64,000 bases of DNA, from the NCBI GenBank assembly GCA_051362555.1, contig CM120648.1, forward strand, positions 14,442,587 to 14,506,586, given 5' to 3'. Each line of letters starts with the position of its first letter. Position 1 is the first letter of the stretch. Below, one piece after another: positions 1-12,890 of the stretch. Origin of the DNA: Lingula anatina. Its lineage: Eukaryota > Animalia > Brachiopoda. The notes beneath the pieces were generated by a model. That model had not been told where the DNA came from, made no database searches, and worked only from the letters and a program-made list of their open reading frames with translations. The position numbers and the translations under genes were made by a program.

Positions 1-923
1 AGTGTATGGTGTCACTGATATAGTAGAAGAATATTTATATACAGACACCTGTGACACCAGCACCCACAGGTAAATATCAGTACCACTATATATACAGTGT
101 ATGATATCACTGATATAGTAGAAGAATATTTATATACAGACACCTGTGACACCAGCACCCACAGGTAAATATCAGTACCACTATATATATAGTGTATGAT
201 ATCACTGATATAGTAGAAGAATATTTATATACAGACACCTGTGACACCAGCACCCACAGGTAAATATCAGTACCACTATATATACAGTGTATGGTGTCAC
301 TGATATAGTAGAAGAATATTTATATACAGACACCTGTGACACCAGCACCCACAGGTAAATATCAGTACCACTATATATACAGTGTATGATATCACTGATA
401 TAGTAGAAGAATATTTATATACAGACACCTGTGACACCAGCACCCACAGGTAAATATCAGTACCACTATATATACAGTGTATGATATCACTGATATAGTA
501 GAAGAATATTTATATACAGACATCTGTGACACCAGCACCCACAGGTAAATATCAGTACCACTATATATACTGTGTATGATATCACTGATATATATAGTAG
601 AAGAATATTTATATACAGACACCTGTGACACCAGCACCCACAGGTAAATATCAGTACCACTATATATACAGTGTATGATGTCACTGATATTGTAGAAGAA
701 TATTTATATACAGACACCTGTGACACCAGCACCCACAGGTAAATATCAGTACCACTATATATACAGTGTATGATATCACTGATATAGTAGAAGAATATTT
801 ATATACAGACACCTGTGACACCAGCACCCACAGGTAAATATCAGTACCACTATATATACAGTGTATGATGTCACTGATATTGTAGAAGAATATTTATATA
901 CAGACACCTGTGACTCCAGCACC
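1..923. repeat. 95-bp minisatellite, ~9.7 near-identical copies (continues off the left edge)
   Basis: Seen in sequence: unit AGTGTATGATATCACTGATATAGTAGAAGAATATTTATATACAGACACCTGTGACACCAGCACCCACAGGTAAATATCAGTACCACTATATATAC starts at 1, 96, 191, 286, 381, 476 and so on. One copy has a +4 TATA slip near 590. The last copy breaks off at CCAGCACC (~923). Confidence 0.97.
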
Positions 924-1787
924 TAGTTGTTTTTTGTTTACCCTATATATCGATGAGTTCGTCAGAGACCTACGGTCTTTAATACCTCATGACGGTTTCT
1001 TGGGTTGGTTACATTGCCTCTTACTAATGGACGACACTGTCATTCTGGCCACTAGTGGAGAGATGGCTGAGAGAGAATTACATATTCTGATTAATTTCTG
1101 CCAGAGATCCGGGATGGTGATTAACAACGATAAAACGGAGTTAATGGTGATAAACGGGGAAGAACGAGATAAGATACCTTTGACAGCTATAGATGTATTG
1201 GTTAAAAATTGCAAAGTGTATACATATCTAGGGGTAATGTTTAGTCAGACTGGCGGTTGTGTGGAAGCGGTCAGACAACAAATTTCCACAAAACAATCTC
1301 AACTTTTAAAGTTTGCGTCTTTTATTTCGAAAAATGCGGACTTCCCATTTCCTATAAAGAAAAAGGTCATGGAAGCAGCATTAATTTCTTCAATGCTGTA
1401 TGGCTGTGAATCCTGGTTATGTTCAAGTTATAAAACAGCTCAGTCGACCTATTACGAAATTATCAAAAATTTATTAAGTGTCAGGCAGAGCACTCTTAAT
1501 GACTTAATACTAGTCGAATTAGGAATACCCGAACTGAGCGCCAGGGTACGCGCTGCACAAAGATCCTATATGACTAAGATTCTTCAGACATGATCTGGCA
1601 TGGTGGACGATCCTTTTATGCAAGTGTGGCAGCTTTGTTACGACAACGGCACCAGGGGAGCCCAATATCTGACCAAAGTGGTTAACTCTAATAACATTAT
1701 AGAGGCAAATAGAGCCGAAATAAAGAATCGATTTAGAAATTCAATCAGAATTAAATCTGTTACATACTTTAAGATGAATCCTAACAC
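924..1787 (+). mobile_element. Non-LTR retrotransposon (LINE) fragment: C-terminal RT/thumb region, truncated at both ends, one premature stop
   Basis: ORF 910-1593 carries the LINE RT motifs SCFLFTLYIDE (end of RT subdomain 4), LLLMDDTVILA (catalytic YADD-equivalent), GMVINNDKTELM, YTYLGV and SSMLYGCESW. The same frame resumes after TGA 1591-1593 (ORF 1600-1800). The ORF's GTG 'start' lies in the minisatellite and its stop lies in satellite sequence. Clade cannot be assigned by eye. Confidence 0.9.
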
Positions 1788-1911
1788 CTTGGTGAACTGA
1801 CTCTTCCTCTCTGGACAGCGCTATGTCTCATCCATGTGTCAACTGATAAGCTTGTCACTGATTTTTATATATGTTCAGCATCATATGTTTAAATTTCACC
1901 ATTATTGGACT

Positions 1912-4900
1912 AAATTTGTCAAAATTATTATCGTTTAACTATTTTATGTCATGGAATTTGCCAGTCTTTTCAATGTAATTTTCAGTTTTCTAAAATATAT
2001 CGTCCAAAAAAATAGTTTTTAGTGGACACAGTCAACTGATAACCTTATCACTGATTTTTATAATTGTTCAGCATCATATGTTTAAATTTCACCATTATTG
2101 GACTAGATTTGTCAAAGTTATTAACGTTTAACTATTTTATGTCTTGGAATTAGTCAGCCTTTTCAATGTTATTTTCAGTTTTCTCAAATATATATGTTCA
2201 GACAAAATCTTTTTTATTTTACACAGTCAACTGCTAAGCTTTTCATAGATTTTTATTGTTGTTAAGCATCATTTGTACAAATTTCACCAATGTTGGACTA
2301 GATTTGTCAAAATTATTAGCGTTTAACTATTTTATGTCATGGAATTTGCCAGTCTTTTCAATGTAATTTTCAGTTTTCTAAAATATATCGTCCAAAAAAT
2401 AGTTTTTAGTGGACACAGTCAACTGATAACCTTATCAATGATTTTAATAATTGTTCAGCATCATTTGCACAAATTTCACCATTATTGGACTAGATTTGTC
2501 AAAATTATTAGCGTTTAACTATTTTATGTCTTGGAATTTGCCAGTCTTTTCAATGTTATTTTCAGTTTTCTAAAATATATCGTCCAAAAAATAGTTTTTA
2601 GTAGACACAGTCAACTGATAACCTTATCAATGATTTTTTTAATTGCTCAGCATCATATGTTTAAATTTCACCAATGTTGGACTAGATTTGTCAAAATTAT
2701 TAGCGTTTAACTATTTCATGTCTTGGAATTAGTCAGCCTTTTCAATGTTATTTTCAGTTTTCTCAAATATATATGTTCAGACAAAATCTTTTTTATTTTG
2801 CACAGTCACCTGCTAAGCTTATCACAGATTTTTATTGTTGTTCAGCATCATTTGCACAAATTTCAGCATTATTGGACTAGATTTGTCAAAATTATTAGCG
2901 TTGAACTATTTGATATATTGCTCATTTCCAGGTGACCCTTTCCATACATTTGTCCAAATTTCACAAATATTGGACTAGATTTGTCAAAATTATTAACGTT
3001 TAACTATTTGATATATTGCTCATTTCCAGGTGACCCTTTCCATACAGTGTGGTGGCTTCTTGGTGAACTGACTCTTCCTCTCTGGACTCAGCTAATTCCT
3101 ATGGAAAAAGCAGGCACTGAAAGACAGTAGCAAGAGCAGTGCTATGTCTCATCCATGTGTAGAATATATTGTATGAGGCAAGATTTAGGACATTGTCAAA
3201 TGTTGTGCTAAACCTGATTCCAGAAATCCACTGTAAGGAGGAATCTGCATCTGGTATTGGTAGTATTTAGAAGTCTTGAATGGGTATGTATTGTTTTCCG
3301 GATGATATATATGGGTAATTTGGCACCTCTTACACAAACAAACTCAAATCGTAATATTTCTTGTTTCATTTTAGACTGACTGATATGTTGTGAAATCATA
3401 AAATTTGTTTTCGGTAATTCTACCTCTTGTCGAACAAATTGCTAATTAACCACCACCTCTACTACACACGGTCAACTGATAAGCTTATCACAGATATTTA
3501 TTGTTGTTAAGCATCATTTGCACAAATTTCACAAATATTGGAGTAGATTTGTCAAAATTATTAGCGTTTAACTATTTTATGTCATGGAATTTGCCAGTCT
3601 TTTCAATGTAATTTTCAGTTTTCTAAAATATATCGTCCAAAAAAATAGTTTTTAGTGGACACAGTCAACTGATAACCTTATCACTGATTTTTATAATTGT
3701 TCAGCATCATATGTTTAAATTTCACCATTATTGGACTAGATTTGTCAAAGTTATTAACGTTTAACTATTTGATATATTGCTCATTTCCAGGTGACCCTTT
3801 CCATACAGTGTGGTGGCTTCTTGGTGAACTGACTCTTCCTCTCTGGACTCAGCTAATTCCTATGGAAAAAGCAGGCACTGAAAGACAGTAGCAAGAGCAG
3901 CGCTATGTCTCATCCATGTGTAGAATATATTGTATGAGGCAAGATTTAGGACATTGTCAAATGTTGTGCTAAACCTGATTCCAGAAACCCACTGTAAGGA
4001 GGAATCTGCATCTGGTATTGGTAGTATTTAGAAGTTTTGAATGGGTATGTATTGTTTTCCAGATGATATATATGGGTAATTTGGCACCTCTTACACAAAC
4101 AAACTCAAATCGTAATATTTCTTGTTTCATTTTAGACTGGCTGATATGTTGTGAAATCGTAAAATTTGTTTTCGGTAATTCTACCTCTTGTCGAACAAAT
4201 TGCTAATTAACCACCACCTCTACTACACACGGTCAACTGATAAGCTTATCACAGATATTTATTGTTGTTAAGCATCATTTGCACCAATTTCACAAATATT
4301 GGAGTAGATTTGTCAAAATTATTAGCGTTTAACTATTTTATGTCATGGAATTTGCCAGTCTTTTCAATGTAATTTTCAGTTTTCTAAAATATATCGTCCA
4401 AAAAAATAGTTTTTAGTGGACACAGTCAACTGATAACCTTATCACTGATTTTTATAATTGTTCAGCATCATATGTTTAAATTTCACCATTATTGGACTAG
4501 ATTTGTCAAAGTTATTAACGTTTAACTATTTTATGTCTTGGAATTAGTCAGCCTTTTCAATGTTATTTTCAGTTTTCTCAAATATATATGTTCAGACAAA
4601 ATCTTTTTTATTTTACACAGTCAACTGCTAAGCTTTTCATAGATTTTTATTGTTGTTAAGCATCATTTGTACAAATTTCACCAATGTTGGACTAGATTTG
4701 TCAAAATTATTAGCGTTTAACTATTTTATGTCATGGAATTTGCCAGTCTTTTCAATGTAATTTTCAGTTTTCTAAAATATATCGTCCAAAAAATAGTTTT
4801 TAGTGGACACAGTCAACTGATAACCTTATCAATGATTTTAATAATTGTTCAGCATCATTTGCACAAATTTCACCATTATTGGACTAGATTTGTCAAAATT

Positions 4901-6074
4901 ATTAGCGTTTAACTATTTTATGTCTTGGAATTTGCCAGTCTTTTCAATGTTATTTTCAGTTTTCTAAAATATATCGTCCAAAAAATAGTTTTTAGTAGAC
5001 ACAGTCAACTGATAACCTTATCAATGATTTTTTTAATTGCTCAGCATCATATGTTTAAATTTCACCAATGTTGGACTAGATTTGTCAAAATTATTAGCGT
5101 TTAACTATTTTATGTCTTGGAATTAGTCAGCCTTTTCAATGTTATTTTCAGTTTTCTCAAATATATATGTTCAGACAAAATCTTTTTTATTTTGCACAGT
5201 CACCTGCTAAGCTTATCACAGATTTTTATTGTTGTTCAGCATCATTTGCACAAATTTCAGCATTATTGGACTAGATTTGTCAAAATTATTAGCGTTGAAC
5301 TATTTGATATATTGCTCATTTCCAGGTGACCCTTTCCATACATTTGTCCAAATTTCACAAATATTGGACTAGATTTGTCAAAATTATTAACGTTTAACTA
5401 TTTGATATATTGCTCATTTCCAGGTGACCCTTTCCATACAGTGTGGTGGCTTCTTGGTGAACTGACTCTTCCTCTCTGGACTCAGCTAATTCCTATGGAA
5501 AAAGCAGGCACTGAAAGACAGTAGCAAGAGCAGTGCTATGTCTCATCCATGTGTAGAATATATTGTATGAGGCAAGATTTAGGACATTGTCAAATGTTGT
5601 GCTAAACCTGATTCCAGAAATCCACTGTAAGGAGGAATCTGCATCTGGTATTGGTAGTATTTAGAAGTCTTGAATGGGTATGTATTGTTTTCCGGATGAT
5701 ATATATGGGTAATTTGGCACCTCTTACACAAACAAACTCAAATCGTAATATTTCTTGTTTCATTTTAGACTGACTGATATGTTGTGAAATCATAAAATTT
5801 GTTTTCGGTAATTCTACCTCTTGTCGAACAAATTGCTAATTAACCACCACCTCTACTACACACGGTCAACTGATAAGCTTATCACAGATATTTATTGTTG
5901 TTAAGCATCATTTGCACAAATTTCACAAATATTGGAGTAGATTTGTCAAAATTATTAGCGTTTAACTATTTTATGTCATGGAATTTGCCAGTCTTTTCAA
6001 TGTAATTTTCAGTTTTCTAAAATATATCGTCCAAAAAAATAGTTTTTAGTGGACACAGTCAACTGATAACCTTA
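1912..6074. repeat. Higher-order duplication, offset 2394 bp (boundaries approximate)
   Basis: Identical ORFs at 2723/5117 and 3208/5602. A shared aborted-cassette marker occurs at ~2911 and ~5305. Confidence 0.85.
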
Positions 6075-7489
6075 TCAATGATTTTTATAATTGTTCAGCA
6101 TCATATGTTTAAATTTCACCAATGTTAGAATAGATTTGTCAAAATTATTAGCGTTTAACTATTTTATGTCATGGAATTTGCCAGTCTTTTCAATGTAATT
6201 TTCAGTTTTCTAAAATATATCGTCCAAAAAATAGTTTTTAGTGGACACAGTCAACTTATAACCTTATCAATGATTTTTATAATTGTTCAGCATCATTTGC
6301 ACAAATTTCACCATTATTGGACTAGATTTGTCAAAATTATTAGCGTTTAACTATTTTATGTCTTGGAATTTGCCAGTCTTTTCAATGTTATTTTCAGTTT
6401 TCTAAAATATATCGTCCAAAAAATAGTTTTTAGTGGACACAGTCAACTGATAACCTTATCAATGATTTTTATAATTGTTCAGCATCATATGTTTAAATTT
6501 CACCAATGTTGGACTAGATTTGTCAAAATTATTAGCGTTTAACTATTTTATGTCTTGGAATTAGTCAGCCTTTTCAATGTTATTTTCAGTTTTCTCAAAT
6601 ATATATGTTCAGACAAAATCTTTTTTATTTTGCACAGTCACCTGCTAAGCTTATCACAGATTTTTATTGTTGTTCAGCATCATTGGACTAGATTTGTCAA
6701 AATTATTAGCGTTGAACTATTTGATATATTGCTCATTTCCAGGTGACCCTTTCCATACAGTGTGGTGGCTTCTTGGTGAACTGACTCTTCCTCTCTGGAC
6801 TCAGCTAATTCCTATGGAAAAAGCAGGCACTGAAAGACAGTAGCAAGAGCAGCGCTATGTCTCATCCATGTGTAGAATATATTGTATGAGGCAAGATTTA
6901 GGACATTGTCAAATGTTGTGCTAAACCTGATTCCAAAAACCCACTGTAAGGAGGAATCTGCATCTGGTATTGGTAGTATGTAGAAGTCTTGAATGGGTAT
7001 GTATTGTTTTCCAGATGATATATATGGGTATTTTGGCACCTCTTACACAAACAAACTCAATTCGTAATATTTCTTGTTTCATTTTAGACTGAATGATATG
7101 TTGTGAAATCGTAAAATATGTTTTCGGTAATTCTACCTCTTGTTGGACAAATTTCTAATGAACAACACTTCTATGACACTCTGTCAACTGATAAGCTTAT
7201 TAGAGATATTTATTGTTGTTAAGCATCATTTGCACAAATTTCACAAATATTGGAGTAGATTTGTCAAAATTATTAGCGTTTAACTATTTTATGTCATGGA
7301 ATTTGCCAGTCTTTTTAATGTAATTTTCAGTTTTCTAAAATATATCGTCTAAAAAAATAGTTTTTAGTGGACACAGTCAACTGATAACCTTATCACTGAT
7401 TTTTATAATTGTTCAGCATCATATGTTTAAATTTCACCAATGTTGGACTAGATTTGTCAAAATTATTAGCGTTTAACTATTTTATGTCT

Positions 7490-10400
7490 TGGAATTTGCC
7501 AGTCTTTTCAATGTAATTTTCAGTTTTCTAAAATATATCGCCCAAAAAAAATAGTTTTTAGTGCACACAGTCAATTGATAACCTTATCACTGATTTTTAT
7601 TATTGTTCAGCATCATTTGTCCAAATTTCAAAAACATTGGAGTAGATTTGTTAAAATTATTAACGTTTAACTATTTGATATATTGCTCATTTCCAGGTGA
7701 CCCTTTCCATAAAGTGTGGTGGCTTCTTGGTGAACCCACTCTTCCTCTCTGGACACGGTTAATTCCTATGGAAAAAGCAGGCATTAAAAGTCAGTAGCGA
7801 GACAGCGCTATGTCTCATCCATTTGTAGAATATATTGTATGAGGCAAGATTTAGGACATTGTCAAATGTTGTGCTAAACCTGATTCCAGAAACCCACTGT
7901 AAGGAGGAATCTGCATCTGGTATTGGTAGTATTTAGAAGTTTTGAAGGGGTATCTATTGTTTTCCAGATGATATATATGGGTAATTTGGCACCTCTTACA
8001 CAAACAAACTCAAATCGTAATATTTCTTGTTTCATTTTAGACTGGCTGATATGTTGTGAAATCGTAAAATTTGTTTTCGGTAATTCTACCTCTTGTCGAA
8101 CAAATTGCTAATGAACACCACTTCTACTACACACAGTCAACTGTTAAGCTTATCACAGATATTTATTGTTGTTAAGCATCATTTGCACAAATTTCACAAA
8201 TATTGGAGTAGATTTGTCAAAATTATTAGCGTTTAACTATTTTATGTCATGGAATTTGCCAGTCTTTTCAATGTAATTTTCAGTTTTCTAAAATATATCG
8301 TCTAAAAAAATAGTTTTTAGTGGACACAGTCAACTGATAACCTTATCACTGATTTTTATAATTGTTCAGCATCATATGTTTAAATTTCACCAATGTTGGA
8401 CTAGATTTGTCAAAATTATTAGCGTTTAACTATTTTATGTCTTGGAATTTGCCAGTCTTTTCAATGTTATTTTCAGTTTTCTAAAATATATCGTCCAAAA
8501 AAATTGTTTTTAGTCGACACAGTCAACTAATAACCTTATCACTGATTTTTATTATTGTTCAGCATCATTTGTCCAAATTTCAAAAACATTGGAGTAGATT
8601 TGTTAAAATTATTAACGTTTAACTATTTGATATATTGCTCATTTCCAGGTGACCCTTTCCATACAGTGTGGTGGCTTCTTGGTGAACTGACTCTTCCTCT
8701 CTGGACTCAGCTAATTCCTATGGAAAAAGCAGGCACTGAAAGACAGTAGCAAGAGCAGCGCTATGTCTCATCCATGTGTAGAATATATTGTATGAGGCAA
8801 GATTTAGGACATTGTCAAATGTTGTGCTAAACCTGATTCCAGAAACCCACTGTAAGGAGGAATCTGCATCTGGTATTGGTAGTATTTAGAAGTCTTGAAT
8901 GGGTATGTATTGTTTTCCGGATGATATATATGGGTAATTTGGCACCTCTTACACAAACAAACTCAAATCGTAATATTTCTTGTTTCATTTTAGACTGACT
9001 GATATGTTGTGAAATCATAAAATTTGTTTTCGGTAATTCTACCTCTTGTCGAACAAATTGCTAATGAACATCACTTCTACTACACACGGTCAAATGATAA
9101 GCTTATCACAGATATTAATTGTTGTTAAGCATCATTTGCACAAATTTCACAAATATTGGAGTAGATTTGTCAAAATTATTAGCGTTTAACTATTTTATGT
9201 CATGGAATTTGCCAGTCTTTTCAATGTAATTTTCAGTTTTCTAAAATATATCGTCCAAAAAAATAGTTTTTAGTGGACACAGTCAACTGATAACCTTATC
9301 ACTGATTTTTATAATTGTTCAGCATCATATGTTTAAATTTCACCATTATTGGACTAGATTTGTCAAAGTTATTAACGTTTAACTATTTTATGTCTTGGAA
9401 TTAGTCAGCCTTTTCAATGTTATTTTCAGTTTTCTCAAATATATATGTTCAGACAAAATCTTTTTTATTTTACACAGTCAACTGCTAAGCTTTTCATAGA
9501 TTTTTATTGTTGTTAAGCATCATTTGTACAAATTTCACAAATATTGGAGTAGATTTGTCAAAATTGTTAACATTTAACTATTTTATGCCTTGGAATTTGC
9601 CAGTCTTTTCAATGTAATTTTCAGTTTTCTTAAATATATTATTCGAAAAAATTGTTTTCAGAGGACACTGTCAAATGCTAAGCTTATCACAGATTTTTAT
9701 TGTTGTCGTGCATCATTTGCACAAATTTCACCATTATTGGACAAGATTTGTCAAAATGATTAACGTTTAACTAATTTATGTCTTGGAATTTGTCAGCCTT
9801 TTCAATGTTATTTTCAGTTTTCTCAAAAATATATATATCGTCCAAAAAAATAGTTTTTAGTGGACACAGTCAACTGGTAACCTTATCACTGATTTTTATA
9901 ATTGTTCAGCATCATATGTTTAAATTTCACCAATGTTGGACTAGATTTGTCAAAATTATTAGCGTTTAACTATTTTATGTCTTGGAATTTGCCAGTCTTT
10001 TCAATGTAATTTTCAGTTTTCTAAAATATATCGTCCAAAAAAAATAGTTTTTAGTGCACACAGTCAATTGATAACCTTATCACTGATTTCTATTATTGTT
10101 CAGCATCGTTTGTCCAAATTTCACAAATATTGGACTAGATTTGTCAAAATTGTTAACATTTAACTATTTTATGCCTTGGAATTTGCCAGTCTTTTCAATG
10201 TAATTTTCAGTTTTCTAAAATATATCGCCCAAAAAAAATAGTTTTTAGTGCACACAGTCAATTGATAACCTTATCACTGATTTTTATTATTGTTCAGCAT
10301 CATTTGTCCAAATTTCAAAAACATTGGAGTAGATTTGTTAAAATTATTAACGTTTAACTATTTGATATATTGCTCATTTCCAGGTGACCCTTTCCATAAA

Positions 10401-12890
10401 GTGTGGTGGCTTCTTGGTGAACCCACTCTTCCTCTCTGGACACGGTTAATTCCTATGGAAAAAGCAGGCATTAAAAGTCAGTAGCGAGACAGCGCTATGT
10501 CTCATCCATTTGTAGAATATATTGTATGAGGCAAGATTTAGGACATTGTCAAATGTTGTGCTAAACCTGATTCCAGAAACCCACTGTAAGGAGGAATCTG
10601 CATCTGGTATTGGTAGTATTTAGAAGTTTTGAAGGGGTATCTATTGTTTTCCAGATGATATATATGGGTAATTTGGCACCTCTTACACAAACAAACTCAA
10701 ATCGTAATATTTCTTGTTTCATTTTAGACTGGCTGATATGTTGTGAAATCGTAAAATTTGTTTTCGGTAATTCTACCTCTTGTCGAACAAATTGCTAATG
10801 AACACCACTTCTACTACACACAGTCAACTGTTAAGCTTATCACAGATATTTATTGTTGTTAAGCATCATTTGCACAAATTTCACAAATATTGGAGTAGAT
10901 TTGTCAAAATTATTAGCGTTTAACTATTTTATGTCATGGAATTTGCCAGTCTTTTCAATGTAATTTTCAGTTTTCTAAAATATATCGTCTAAAAAAATAG
11001 TTTTTAGTGGACACAGTCAACTGATAACCTTATCACTGATTTTTATAATTGTTCAGCATCATATGTTTAAATTTCACCAATGTTGGACTAGATTTGTCAA
11101 AATTATTAGCGTTTAACTATTTTATGTCTTGGAATTTGCCAGTCTTTTCAATGTTATTTTCAGTTTTCTAAAATATATCGTCCAAAAAAATTGTTTTTAG
11201 TCGACACAGTCAACTAATAACCTTATCACTGATTTTTATTATTGTTCAGCATCATTTGTCCAAATTTCAAAAACATTGGAGTAGATTTGTTAAAATTATT
11301 AACGTTTAACTATTTGATATATTGCTCATTTCCAGGTGACCCTTTCCATACAGTGTGGTGGCTTCTTGGTGAACTGACTCTTCCTCTCTGGACTCAGCTA
11401 ATTCCTATGGAAAAAGCAGGCACTGAAAGACAGTAGCAAGAGCAGCGCTATGTCTCATCCATGTGTAGAATATATTGTATGAGGCAAGATTTAGGACATT
11501 GTCAAATGTTGTGCTAAACCTGATTCCAGAAACCCACTGTAAGGAGGAATCTGCATCTGGTATTGGTAGTATTTAGAAGTCTTGAATGGGTATGTATTGT
11601 TTTCCGGATGATATATATGGGTAATTTGGCACCTCTTACACAAACAAACTCAAATCGTAATATTTCTTGTTTCATTTTAGACTGACTGATATGTTGTGAA
11701 ATCATAAAATTTGTTTTCGGTAATTCTACCTCTTGTCGAACAAATTGCTAATGAACATCACTTCTACTACACACGGTCAAATGATAAGCTTATCACAGAT
11801 ATTAATTGTTGTTAAGCATCATTTGCACAAATTTCACAAATATTGGAGTAGATTTGTCAAAATTATTAGCGTTTAACTATTTTATGTCATGGAATTTGCC
11901 AGTCTTTTCAATGTAATTTTCAGTTTTCTAAAATATATCGTCCAAAAAAATAGTTTTTAGTGGACACAGTCAACTGATAACCTTATCACTGATTTTTATA
12001 ATTGTTCAGCATCATATGTTTAAATTTCACCATTATTGGACTAGATTTGTCAAAGTTATTAACGTTTAACTATTTTATGTCTTGGAATTAGTCAGCCTTT
12101 TCAATGTTATTTTCAGTTTTCTCAAATATATATGTTCAGACAAAATCTTTTTTATTTTACACAGTCAACTGCTAAGCTTTTCATAGATTTTTATTGTTGT
12201 TAAGCATCATTTGTACAAATTTCACAAATATTGGAGTAGATTTGTCAAAATTGTTAACATTTAACTATTTTATGCCTTGGAATTTGCCAGTCTTTTCAAT
12301 GTAATTTTCAGTTTTCTTAAATATATTATTCGAAAAAATTGTTTTCAGAGGACACTGTCAAATGCTAAGCTTATCACAGATTTTTATTGTTGTCGTGCAT
12401 CATTTGCACAAATTTCACCATTATTGGACAAGATTTGTCAAAATGATTAACGTTTAACTAATTTATGTCTTGGAATTTGTCAGCCTTTTCAATGTTATTT
12501 TCAGTTTTCTCAAAAATATATATATCGTCCAAAAAAATAGTTTTTAGTGGACACAGTCAACTGGTAACCTTATCACTGATTTTTATAATTGTTCAGCATC
12601 ATATGTTTAAATTTCACCAATGTTGGACTAGATTTGTCAAAATTATTAGCGTTTAACTATTTTATGTCTTGGAATTTGCCAGTCTTTTCAATGTAATTTT
12701 CAGTTTTCTAAAATATATCGTCCAAAAAAAATAGTTTTTAGTGCACACAGTCAATTGATAACCTTATCACTGATTTCTATTATTGTTCAGCATCGTTTGT
12801 CCAAATTTCACAAATATTGGACTAGATTTGTCAAAATTGTTAACATTTAACTATTTTATGCCTTGGAATTTGCCAGTCTTTTCAATGTAA
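7490..12890. repeat. Higher-order tandem duplication, period 2687 bp (two cassettes per unit), followed by a 586-bp three-monomer duplication (boundaries approximate)
   Basis: Identical ORFs at 7603/10290, 8555/11242 and 9778/12465. 12465/13051 are offset by 586. Confidence 0.85.

Noticed and set aside
392-732. Minus-strand 81-aa ORFs in the minisatellite
   Set aside because: They are repeat translations that change frame with each 95-bp unit.
987-1214. 75-aa minus-strand ORF within the LINE
   Set aside because: Antisense shadow of the RT frame, with no independent support.
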